Shown: piece after piece, positions 45,123 to 54,236 of the stretch | How positions within the stretch are numbered: position 1 is the first letter of the stretch | Layout: the number at the start of each line of letters is the position of its first letter | Assembly: GCA_963797975.1 (NCBI GenBank) | Contig: CAWCRH010000006.1 | Coordinates: 10,754 to 74,753 of the forward strand | Source: an uncultured Thermoplasmata archaeon | GTDB taxonomy: Archaea > Thermoplasmatota > Thermoplasmata > Lutacidiplasmatales > UBA184 | Length of the DNA stretch: 64,000 bases | Reading direction: 5' to 3' | The notes under the pieces: model-generated | What the model saw: the letters and a program-made list of their open reading frames with translations, nothing else | Databases searched by the model: none | What the model was told of the DNA's origin: nothing | Program-made: the position numbers and the translations under genes

Positions 45123-47450
45123 ATGGCCGAGCCGAGTGGGGCCGAGGGCGAGTGGGCTCCCGGTGTATCGACGGTCCCTTTCCGTAACCGCCGGTTGAGC
45201 GACCTCAGCGCTACGAGCCGGGCGCGGAGCTGGGGGTTCGACCGGGCTGAGCTCTCCCGCATTCGCCACTATTTTCAGGAGGCGGGCCGCGACCCGACCG
45301 ATGTGGAGGTCGCCGCGCTCGCTCAGAGCTGGAGCGAGCACTGCAGCTACAAGAGCAGCCGACCGTTCCTTCGCCGGGCGTTCGGCCCCTTCCGCCTCCT
45401 TCCGCGTGTCCTCGGCACCGGGGATGCCGGGGTAATGCGGTTCGGCGACGGCTTCGCTTACGCCCTGAGGATCGAGTCGCACAACCACCCCTCCGCCGTC
45501 GAGCCGTACGGCGGAGCCGCCACGGGCATCGGCGGGATCCTTCGAGACGTGCTGGCGGTCGGGGGCCAACCCATCGGACTCGCGGACCCTCTCTTCTTCG
45601 GCCCGCTCGACCTACCGACGACGGAACTCCCGCGCGGCGTGAAAAGCCCTCACTATCTGTTCAGCGGCGTCGTCGCCGGCATCCGCGACTATGGAAACCG
45701 TGTCGGGGTCCCTACGGTCTCGGGGTCGGTCTACTTCGACCGAGATTACGTGGTGAACCCCCTGGTCAACGTCGGATGTGTCGGATGGCTCCCGCGCCGT
45801 CGGCTCTGCCCCAACCGGGCCCGTTCGCCGGGTGACCAGGTGGTCCTGGTGGGGGGACGTACCGGGAGGGATGGCATAGGAGGCGTGGCCTTCGCTTCAC
45901 GCGAGCTCGAAGAGCGCAGCGAGGAGGAGTCCCGCGGCGCCGTGCAGCTAGGGAACCCTATCGGGAAGGAACCCCTCATCCATGCCTGCCTCGAAGCGCT
46001 AGACCGTCGGTTGGTCGCGGGCATGAAGGACCTAGGCGGAGGTGGTCTGGCGACCGCTTCCGGCGAACTCGCCCACGCGGGGGGGCTCGGGATGCGGGTG
46101 GACCTCGCGCGCGTCCCCTGCCGGGAGTCAAGCCTTCGGCCGTGGGAGATCTGGATCTCCGAATCCCAGGAACGGATGGTCCTGGACGTACGACCGAAGC
46201 ACGTCGATGCAGTCCGAGAGATCTTCCGAAAGTTCGACGTCCCGGTTGCGGTCATCGGAGAGTTCACGACCGGCCGGTTCGAGGAGTTGAGCTACGACGG
46301 CCAGCCCGCGGGCCGGCTCGATCTCGGTTTCCGGGTCAACCCGTTGCCGAAACACCGCCCGCTCCGCCTTCGTCGAGCTCGGCGACCCGGCCGGCCCCCC
46401 TCGATCAGAGGTGACCCGAGCCGGATCTTTCAGGACCTGGTCCTGGACCCGCAATCCCGCTCCCGCGAGGGTGTGATCCGCGTCTACGACCACGAGGTAC
46501 AAGGGCGGACCGTGATCCACCCGCTTCACGGCCAGGTCACCTCCCCCTCGCACGGCGACGCGAGCGTGCTTCGCCCTCGCCCCGAGAGTTGGAAGGCGCT
46601 CGCCGTCACGGTCGCTACCGGCCCGGCTCTGTGTCGCGAGGAACCCGAAACCGGTGCGGTATCCATCGTGGAGGAGGCGGCCCGCAATCTCTACGCTGTG
46701 GGCGCGCTCCCCGACGCGTTCACGAACTGCCTGAATTTCGGAAACCCCGAGGACCCGAAGGTGCTCGGAGATTTCGCGGCCGTGGTCCGGGGTCTCGCGC
46801 GGGGGGCCCGCGCGCTAGGCTTCGCGGTACCGAGCGGCAACGTCAGTTTCTACAACGGTGGGATCGGACGCGGGATCCCCCCGACGCCCGTGCTGATGGC
46901 CACGGGGCTCGTCCACGACCTCCGCCGGGCGCTGACCTCCGACCTGAAGGCCGCGGGCTCGACGCTCTACCTTTTGGGGCGTTCCGTTCCCGAGTTGGGA
47001 GGTTCGCTTTGGGCGAGACGAGCCAACCGCTCGGGATTGGCCATACCGCCCGTTGCGCCCCATCGGGTGCGCGTTCTGGGCGAGCGGTTGGTCGCCGCCG
47101 CGGCTCGTGGCCTCGTCGCCTCGGCCCACGACATCTCCGAAGGCGGGTTGGCGGTGACGCTCGCAGAGATGGCATTCGGAGGCCATCTCGGCTTCGAGGT
47201 AGACCTCGCGCGGGCAGGGCTCCCGTCGGCGACGCTCGCCCTCGCGGCCGAGGGGCAATCTCGGTGGGTCATCGAATCGCGACCCGGCCGTGAGCGGGCG
47301 CTCGAGCGGTTCTTCCGCGGACTGCCCCTCCGATCCCTCGGCAGCGTACACGAGAACGCAGGCGTGCTCCGATGGGGTGAAGAGCGCACCGGATCCATCG
47401 ACCTCGATGAGCTCTACTCGACGTGGAGGCTAGGCCCCGGTGCCGCCTAA
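45123..47450 (+). CDS. purL: FGAM synthase subunit PurL
   Basis: WSEHCSYKSS, ESHNHPS, GAATGIGG, SESQERM, NFGNPE, SGNVSFYN. Confidence 0.96.
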   Translation: MAEPSGAEGEWAPGVSTVPFRNRRLSDLSATSRARSWGFDRAELSRIRHYFQEAGRDPTDVEVAALAQSWSEHCSYKSSRPFLRRAFGPFRLLPRVLGTGDAGVMRFGDGFAYALRIESHNHPSAVEPYGGAATGIGGILRDVLAVGGQPIGLADPLFFGPLDLPTTELPRGVKSPHYLFSGVVAGIRDYGNRVGVPTVSGSVYFDRDYVVNPLVNVGCVGWLPRRRLCPNRARSPGDQVVLVGGRTGRDGIGGVAFASRELEERSEEESRGAVQLGNPIGKEPLIHACLEALDRRLVAGMKDLGGGGLATASGELAHAGGLGMRVDLARVPCRESSLRPWEIWISESQERMVLDVRPKHVDAVREIFRKFDVPVAVIGEFTTGRFEELSYDGQPAGRLDLGFRVNPLPKHRPLRLRRARRPGRPPSIRGDPSRIFQDLVLDPQSRSREGVIRVYDHEVQGRTVIHPLHGQVTSPSHGDASVLRPRPESWKALAVTVATGPALCREEPETGAVSIVEEAARNLYAVGALPDAFTNCLNFGNPEDPKVLGDFAAVVRGLARGARALGFAVPSGNVSFYNGGIGRGIPPTPVLMATGLVHDLRRALTSDLKAAGSTLYLLGRSVPELGGSLWARRANRSGLAIPPVAPHRVRVLGERLVAAAARGLVASAHDISEGGLAVTLAEMAFGGHLGFEVDLARAGLPSATLALAAEGQSRWVIESRPGRERALERFFRGLPLRSLGSVHENAGVLRWGEERTGSIDLDELYSTWRLGPGAA

Positions 47451-48180
47451 CGCCTCCACAGTTCCGGCTCGGACGACGGCGCTCGTATCGGGAGGAAAGG
47501 ACTCAATCTATGCCGCGTACTTGGCCGAGATGCAGGGCTGGCCCGTTCGCGAGCTCCTCGTGATGGAGCCCAGCGACCGGGACTCGTGGCTCTTCCACAC
47601 GCCGAACCTGAAGATGGTCGACCTACAGGGGTCCTCTTGGTCGAAGCCCGTACGTCGGGTGAAGGTACCGGCGGCGGATGCCGAGCAGGAGACATTCGCG
47701 TTACGCGACGCGTTGGCCGGCGGTCATGGTCCGGTATCGGTTGGTGCGATCGCTTCATCGTTCCAGTGGGCCCGCGTCCTCCGGGCGGCCGACGGCTCGG
47801 CCCGGAGGGTCTACGCCCCTCTCTGGCGCGTAGAGCCGGGGCGGGTGGTCCGCGAAGAGCTCGAGGCCGGGCTGGACATTCGGATCGTCCAAGTCGCGGC
47901 CGAGGGCCTGTCCGCCGATTGGTTGGGCCAACGTCTCACGCCGACGCTGCTCGAAGAGATCGAACGGCGCTCGGCCACGGGGCTTGCCGTCAACCCCGCC
48001 GGGGAAGGCGGCGAGTATGAGACCCTCGTGGTTGATGCCCCGTTCTTCTCCTCTCGACTGATCATCGACGAGGCCGAAACCCTCGCGCGAGGTCCCCTCG
48101 TCCAATGGACCGTTAACCGCGCTCACCTCGAGCCAAAGGGCCTCTCTTCGGACCGCGGTCCGACCCGGGGTCGACGATAG
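47440..48180 (+). CDS. dph6: Diphthine--ammonia ligase (Dph6 family)
   Basis: SGGKDS, FHTPN, GAIAS, PLW, GEGGEYET. Confidence 0.9.
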   Translation: MPPNASTVPARTTALVSGGKDSIYAAYLAEMQGWPVRELLVMEPSDRDSWLFHTPNLKMVDLQGSSWSKPVRRVKVPAADAEQETFALRDALAGGHGPVSVGAIASSFQWARVLRAADGSARRVYAPLWRVEPGRVVREELEAGLDIRIVQVAAEGLSADWLGQRLTPTLLEEIERRSATGLAVNPAGEGGEYETLVVDAPFFSSRLIIDEAETLARGPLVQWTVNRAHLEPKGLSSDRGPTRGRR

Positions 48181-48181
48181 C

Positions 48182-48934
48182 ATGGCCGCCGGATGGGACC
48201 GCGTTGACCCGCCCGAGGAGGCCGTCGTCGCCGCCCGGCAGCTCGGGGACCCGCGCGCCCGGCCCAACGTGCGTTGGCTCGCGGCACTCCTCGGGGGCCG
48301 GATAGAGGAGACACGGTCGGCCCTGGCGGAACTGGGAGGTCTCGCGGACATCCACGCGGAGGTCCGCCGCCGGCACGAGGCGGGAGGGCGACGGGGGTAC
48401 GCTCAGTTCCGGGCCCCGTTCGAGCTCTACGCTCTGATCCGCCTCCTCCGTCCGGCGCACGTCGTCGAGACCGGCGTGAGCAGCGGCGTTTCCTCGACGT
48501 ACGCTCTTCTGGCCCTACGGCGCAACCGTCGCGGGACTCTCCACTCGATCGACCGACCGCTCCGCCAGCGAGGCGCTCGTTTCGACCCCCGAGAATCCCC
48601 CGTCGTTCTCCCTCCGGGCCGACGGACGGGTTGGGCCGTCCCGGCCCGACTTCGGGCGAGATGGGACCTTCGCATCGGCCCGAGCGAGCGGCTCCTACCC
48701 AGGCTCGTTCGAGAGCTCCCGTCGATCGGCCTTTTCCTCCACGATAGTCGCCATACGCCGAGCCACCTTCGCTTCGAACTGGTCACCGTTCGCCCTAAGC
48801 TCGTCCCCGGCGCCGTGGTCTTAGCAGACAACACCATCTGGACCGGGGAAGCATTTCCGCGGTTCGCGCGCGAACTCGGCGCCCGCGTCCGTCGCCGGGG
48901 CCACGGAGACCTGGTAGGGCTTACGGTCCCATGA
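48182..48934 (+). CDS. Class I SAM-dependent methyltransferase (Methyltransf_24-like)
   Basis: VVETGVSSGVS, HSID, FLHDSRH, LADN. Confidence 0.8.
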   Translation: MAAGWDRVDPPEEAVVAARQLGDPRARPNVRWLAALLGGRIEETRSALAELGGLADIHAEVRRRHEAGGRRGYAQFRAPFELYALIRLLRPAHVVETGVSSGVSSTYALLALRRNRRGTLHSIDRPLRQRGARFDPRESPVVLPPGRRTGWAVPARLRARWDLRIGPSERLLPRLVRELPSIGLFLHDSRHTPSHLRFELVTVRPKLVPGAVVLADNTIWTGEAFPRFARELGARVRRRGHGDLVGLTVP

Positions 48935-49019
48935 TCGCCGCCGCTCACCCGGCTGGCATGCCCGCAAGGCCGCGACCGCCCACGGGAAAGTTATCACTGC
49001 CCCCGCGTCTTCTGTGACC

Positions 49020-50726
49020 ATGGCTTTGAGCCGTAGTCGGGGGGTCGCACACTCAACCCCTCCCGCCTCCGACCCCGTGGCGGAGGCCCAGACCCGCTGG
49101 GAAGCGGAAGTGCTCGCTCCGGCGCTCGCGAAGAGCCCGGAACGCCAGGACCGGTTCACGACGATGGGCGGGATCCCCGTCGACCGCCTCTACACTCCGC
49201 GATCCTCGCCGCGCGACCCGGCCCGCCTCCCGCCTCCCGGACAGTACCCGTACACTCGAGGCATCCATCCGACGATGTACCACGGGCGGGTCTGGTCGAT
49301 GCGCATGTTCTCTGGCTTCGGCACGCCGGAGGACACGAACCGTCGCTTCCGCTACCTCCTCGCCCACGGAGAGTCCGGCCTGTCCATCGCCTTTGACGAC
49401 CCCACGCTCTATGGAATCGACGCGGACGACCCCGAAGCGCTCGGCGAGGTCGGAAAGTGCGGCGTCAACGTCAGCTCGCTCGACGATATGCGACGCCTGC
49501 TAAGGGGGATCCCGCTCGACCAGGTCACGACCAGCATGACCATCAACGCCCCGGCGAACGCGGTCTGGGGCATGTACATCCTCGCGGCCGAGGCGATGGA
49601 TATCGCGCCGGCGCAACTAGGCGGGACGACGCAGAACGACATCCTGAAGGAGTACATCGCGCAGAAGGAGTTCCTCTATCCTCCGCGGCCGGCGCTGCGT
49701 CTCGTCGTCGATACGATCGAGTACGCCACGCGACACCTTCCCCGCTGGAACCCGGTCTCGATCTCGGGCTATCACATCCGAGAGGCGGGCTCGACGGCGG
49801 TCCAGGAGCTCGCCTTCACGCTGGCGGATGGAATGGCCTACGTTGAGGCGACCATCGAGCGAGGGGTCCCCGTGGACGATTTCGCCCCGCGACTTTCCTT
49901 CTTCTTCAACTCGCACAACGACTTCTTCGAGGAGATCGCGAAATTCCGCGCGGCGCGCCGGATCTGGGCTCGGGCGATGCGGGAGCGGTTCGGCGCTCGG
50001 AAGGAGCGTTCGCTGTTGATGCGCTTTCATACCCAGACGGCCGGCTGCTCGTGCACCGCCCAGCAGCCCGAGCTCAACATCGTCCGCACGACGATCCAGG
50101 CGCTGGCCGGGGTGATCGGGGGGACCCAATCGCTCCACACCAACTCCTACGACGAGGCGCTCCAGCTCCCGAGCGAGGACGCCGTTCGGATCGCGCTGCG
50201 CACCCAGCAGATCCTGGCCCACGAGTCCGGGGTCACGCGCGCGATCGACCCGTTCGGGGGCAGCTACTACGTCGAATGGCTCACGGACCGCATGGAGGAG
50301 GAGGCCGAGCGCTATTTTGACCGCATCGCGGAGATGGGCGGGGTCGTCCCCGCGATCGAGCGCGGTTTCTTCCAGCGAGAGATCCAGGAGGCCTCGTTCC
50401 GCTACCAACGCGCCGTCGACCGGGGCGAGACGAAGGTCGTCGGGGTGAACGCCTACACGGTCGATCAACCGGTGAAGGTTCCGCGTCTCAAGATTTCGGA
50501 ACAGGCCCGCCGCGATCAGTCCCGGCGCCTTCGGATCCTGCGGGAACGGAGGTCGACCGCACGACACACCCACGCGCTCGCCGCGCTCCGCCGGGTCGCG
50601 GCCACCGAAGGCGAGAACACCATGCCCGCCGTGCTCGACGCGCTGCGCGCGCGAGCGACGCTCGGCGAGATCGCCCGCGCGCTCCAAGAGGTCTATGGGA
50701 GCTATCGGGAGCGCTCGACGTACTAG
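49020..50726 (+). CDS. B12-dependent acyl-CoA mutase, substrate-binding large subunit (isobutyryl-CoA mutase-like)
   Basis: YPYTRG, SMTIN, QNDILKE, ISGYHIREAG, HTNSYDEAL; no B12-binding domain. Confidence 0.93.
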   Translation: MALSRSRGVAHSTPPASDPVAEAQTRWEAEVLAPALAKSPERQDRFTTMGGIPVDRLYTPRSSPRDPARLPPPGQYPYTRGIHPTMYHGRVWSMRMFSGFGTPEDTNRRFRYLLAHGESGLSIAFDDPTLYGIDADDPEALGEVGKCGVNVSSLDDMRRLLRGIPLDQVTTSMTINAPANAVWGMYILAAEAMDIAPAQLGGTTQNDILKEYIAQKEFLYPPRPALRLVVDTIEYATRHLPRWNPVSISGYHIREAGSTAVQELAFTLADGMAYVEATIERGVPVDDFAPRLSFFFNSHNDFFEEIAKFRAARRIWARAMRERFGARKERSLLMRFHTQTAGCSCTAQQPELNIVRTTIQALAGVIGGTQSLHTNSYDEALQLPSEDAVRIALRTQQILAHESGVTRAIDPFGGSYYVEWLTDRMEEEAERYFDRIAEMGGVVPAIERGFFQREIQEASFRYQRAVDRGETKVVGVNAYTVDQPVKVPRLKISEQARRDQSRRLRILRERRSTARHTHALAALRRVAATEGENTMPAVLDALRARATLGEIARALQEVYGSYRERSTY

Positions 50727-50778
50727 ACCGCGGACCATCGCTTTTAGCCCGGCCCGGTTCTGACGGTCGGCGTTCTCC

Positions 50779-52162
50779 GTGGTCGTCCGAGGGTACCGCA
50801 CCGCACTAGAGGAGCTCTTCCAGCTCCGTCGTCTTCGGGATCGCGCCGAGCCTCGAGACGATCCGTGCCGTGCTCGCGGAGCTCGGAAACCCCCAGGAGA
50901 AATTCCCGTCGGTCCATATCACCGGCAGCAAGGGGAAGGGCTCGGTCGCCGCGATGACCGCGACGATCCTCACCGCGCACGGATACCGGACCGGCCTCTA
51001 CACATCGCCCCACCTCGTCAGCTATCGGGAACGCGCCCGGATCGATGGAGGGGAGATCGCTCCGCGAGAGGTCGTCCTGGGCCTTCGCCGGATCGAGCGA
51101 GCCGTGGGAGCGCTCCGCCGGCGTGGCGCGCTGGAACGCGAGCCGACGTTCTTCGAGACGACCACTGCTCTCGCGTTCGACTGGTTCGCGCGCTCGAAGG
51201 TCACTGCGGCGGTGGTCGAGGTGGGCATCGGAGGCCGGTGGGACGCGACCAATGTCCTGCGCTCGCGCGTCGGCGTGGTGACGACGCTCGAGCTCGAACA
51301 CACGGAGATCCTGGGTCCGACGCTCGAGGCGATCGCCCTCGAGAAGGCCGGCATATTCCACCCCGGGATGAGAGGCATCATCGGCCGTCTCCCACCCCAG
51401 GGTGAAACGGCCATCGAGCGAGTCGCCGACCGGCACGGTGTCGCCCTTTGGCATCTCGAGGAGGAGGTCACCGTAGCCGAGCGCGTCGCGACCCCGAGAG
51501 ACCAGCGCTTCGTGGTCGGCTGGCCGAAAGGGAACTCCCTTCCCGTCACCCTCCCTCTCATCGGCCGCTTTCAATCGGGGAACGCGGCGATGGCGGTCGC
51601 CGCGGCGTCCCTCTTCCTGTCGGACGGCGGAGTGGGCCTGCGCGGCCCTGCGACGCGTCGGGCTCTTCAACGGGTCCGCTGGCGGGGCCGCATGGAACGG
51701 GTGAGCCGTCGTCCACCGACGTACTTCGATGTCGCGCACACCCCCGAGAGCGCTGCCGCCGTCGCCGAGAGCGTAGCGGAGGTCGAGCCGTTCGCCGACC
51801 CCCAAACGAGCGCGATCGTCTTCGGATGCCTCGAGGGCAAGGACGCGGCGGGTCTGTTCTCCGCACTGAGCGGACTCGCACGGACGCTCATCCTGGTGCC
51901 CGTGCGTTCGCAACGGGCACGTTCCCCGGCTTCGCTGCGGCCGCTGGCCATAGCGCACTTTCCGCGTATCGTCATCGCTCCGAGCGCGACCGAAGGACTG
52001 GCGATTGGAAAGCTGGCGGTCGGTCCGATGGGCGTCCTCGTCGCCGTCGGCAGCGACTATCTGATCGGGGAGCTCCTGCGTGCCGAGGAACCCGGTGGCG
52101 AGGAGGAACCGGACCTCTCCGACCCGGGGTCGACACCGCCCCCCTCGGGGGGCCGGCTGTGA
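50779..52162 (+). CDS. folC: Folylpolyglutamate/dihydrofolate synthase (frameshift near 50833)
   Basis: HITGSKGKGS, YTSPHL, EVGIGGRWDATN, DVAHT. Confidence 0.9.
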
Positions 52163-53019
52163 CCGCACCGTATCCGTTCCCATGGGAGACGATCCTCGAC
52201 CGGTTGAGCACGTTCTACGGCCGGGGCGACTGGCGGGTCCCCTATCTTCGAGACCACGCCGAGAACCCGTTCCAGGTCCTTATCGGGACGATCCTCTCCC
52301 AGCGGACCCGCGATGCGGCGACCGACCGGGCGAGCGCCCAGCTCTTCCAACGGTTCCCGACCCCGCAGACGCTCGCCCACGCACCGCTACGAACGGTCGA
52401 GCGGCTGATCCGCCTCACCGGCTTCTACCACACCAAGGCGAAGGTCATCCGTGAGTGTGCTCGGGTCCTTCTCGAACGATGGGGCGGAGAGGTCCCCCGC
52501 ACGCTGGAAGAGCTGCTCGCGCTCCCGGGCGTCGGACCGAAGACCGCGAATTGCGTGCTCGTCTTCGGCTACGGGATCCCCGCGATCCCGGTGGACACGC
52601 ACGTCCACCGCATCGCGAACCGCCTCGGTGTGGTCCGCACCCGGACGCCGGAAGAGACGGAGGCGGCGCTTCGAGTCCGCATCGACCGCCAATACTGGAT
52701 CCCGCTCAATCCGCTCTTGGTCCAGCACGGCCAGAACCTCTGCCGGCCGATAGGTCCCCGATGCGAGGCGTGCCCAATCGCCTCCTGGTGCGCTACCGGG
52801 AGAGCTCGGGCGCTGGGGCGAGCTCCGCCGCGATGGCAGGACGCGCGGGCCCACCGTGCGGGCGCGCGCCCCGGGTCGGCGGGACGAACTTCAGCGCGAC
52901 GAGCGGGAGTGCGACCGCGAGCCCGAGGATCGTCCACGCGACCGTATAGCCCTCGACTGCGACCAGCCAACCGAAGAACCACGAAACGATCGCGCCGCCG
53001 GACAGCTGGATCGAATTGA
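52159..53019 (+). CDS. nth: Endonuclease III
   Basis: LSQRTRD, LPGVGPKTA, VDTHVHR, C-x6-C-x2-C-x5-C; start GTG 52159, 3' end uncertain. Confidence 0.92.
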   Translation: MTAPYPFPWETILDRLSTFYGRGDWRVPYLRDHAENPFQVLIGTILSQRTRDAATDRASAQLFQRFPTPQTLAHAPLRTVERLIRLTGFYHTKAKVIRECARVLLERWGGEVPRTLEELLALPGVGPKTANCVLVFGYGIPAIPVDTHVHRIANRLGVVRTRTPEETEAALRVRIDRQYWIPLNPLLVQHGQNLCRPIGPRCEACPIASWCATGRARALGRAPPRWQDARAHRAGARPGSAGRTSARRAGVRPRARGSSTRPYSPRLRPANRRTTKRSRRRTAGSN

Positions 53020-54115
53020 ACAAACCGATGCCGATGGGGATCTCCTCGCTCGGTAGTCCCGGCAAGTACGCCGGGAGAACGTACATCACCGCGTAGATGA
53101 ATCCGTAGCAGAACGCGAAAACGCTCCCGATGAACACCATCGGGAGGAGACCGACCCACGGGATCGCGACCACGAGGACCGTCACGACCAGCGAGGCAAC
53201 GAGGAACTGCGTGCGTCGCCGCGCGCTCCGCTCGGCGAGCATCCCGCCGACGGGGCCCCCCGCGACGCTCGGCAGGATGAACGCGATCCCGACGGCCCCG
53301 GCGACGGCCGCCGACCAGCCGAGGATCAGGGTGCCGTAGGGAACGATGAACTGGCCGGTGGCGAAGGAAGCCGCCTCGAGGCCGATGAACGCGATCCCGA
53401 TCGCCCAGAGGGCCGGGAGCTTCAGGGCCCGGGGCAACCCCGGGTCGGGGCGGCGTGCCGGGGCTCCGGCCACGCCGGGGATCACGAGGAAGGCGATGAA
53501 GGTGAGGAGGAGGAGCCCGACCCCTCCGACGGCGATGTCGGTCCTCCAGCCGACGGCCCCTACCAAGATCGCCGAGAAGAAGACCCCCGCCGCGGCTCCC
53601 CCGCTGAACGCCGAGCTAAAGCTGCCGACCGGGAGCCCCCGCTTTCCTTCGGGAAAGAGGCTGCCGACGAGACCGATCGCCGGCGAGAAGAAGAGCGCCG
53701 CTCCGGCTCCGGCGAGCACTCGCATCGCGACGAGCACATCGAACGACGGCGCGAGGGCCGAGGCGATCGATGCGATTCCGAGAAGGGCCGCTCCCCACAG
53801 CGCTACCGAGCGAGAGCCGTAGCGACGCGAAAGGACCCCGGCCGGGACCTGGAGCAGCCCGGCCGCGACCAAGAAGGCGGCGATGAGGAGGCCCCACTCC
53901 GCTGGACCGACGTTGAACTCGGCCCCGATCGCGGGGAGCGCGGGACCGATCGTGAACCAGTTGTAGGCGTAGCCAGCCCGGACCGCGATGAGGACCCAGG
54001 TGGCGCGGTGGGCCGTGCGCCGGGGGAGTTCAGAGGGCCGTCCGGCGTCGCTCCGTCCGTGGCCGGGGACGTCCACCGACACGGTCAATGGGGACGCCGG
54101 GGCCGGGTCGGTCAT
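52793..54115 (-). CDS. MFS transporter
   Basis: About 12 TM, GVLSRRYGSR motif A, EGKRG. Confidence 0.88.
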   Translation of the reverse strand: MTDPAPASPLTVSVDVPGHGRSDAGRPSELPRRTAHRATWVLIAVRAGYAYNWFTIGPALPAIGAEFNVGPAEWGLLIAAFLVAAGLLQVPAGVLSRRYGSRSVALWGAALLGIASIASALAPSFDVLVAMRVLAGAGAALFFSPAIGLVGSLFPEGKRGLPVGSFSSAFSGGAAAGVFFSAILVGAVGWRTDIAVGGVGLLLLTFIAFLVIPGVAGAPARRPDPGLPRALKLPALWAIGIAFIGLEAASFATGQFIVPYGTLILGWSAAVAGAVGIAFILPSVAGGPVGGMLAERSARRRTQFLVASLVVTVLVVAIPWVGLLPMVFIGSVFAFCYGFIYAVMYVLPAYLPGLPSEEIPIGIGLFNSIQLSGGAIVSWFFGWLVAVEGYTVAWTILGLAVALPLVALKFVPPTRGARPHGGPARPAIAAELAPAPELSR

Positions 54116-54236
54116 CGACGCCGGCGCCGAGGCGGCTCGCCTATTAGGCCCACCGCCCGCGGCCGAGGCCGGCGGCCCAGCCCGCGAGGTCTCGTCCGAA
54201 CGACTTAAAGTCAGGGCGCTGTCCCGCGGCTAGCGT

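Noticed and set aside
52793..53019. 227-bp convergent overlap of nth and MFS genes as antisense regulation
   Set aside because: The tails are low-complexity extensions expected in stop-poor GC-rich DNA or from an indel
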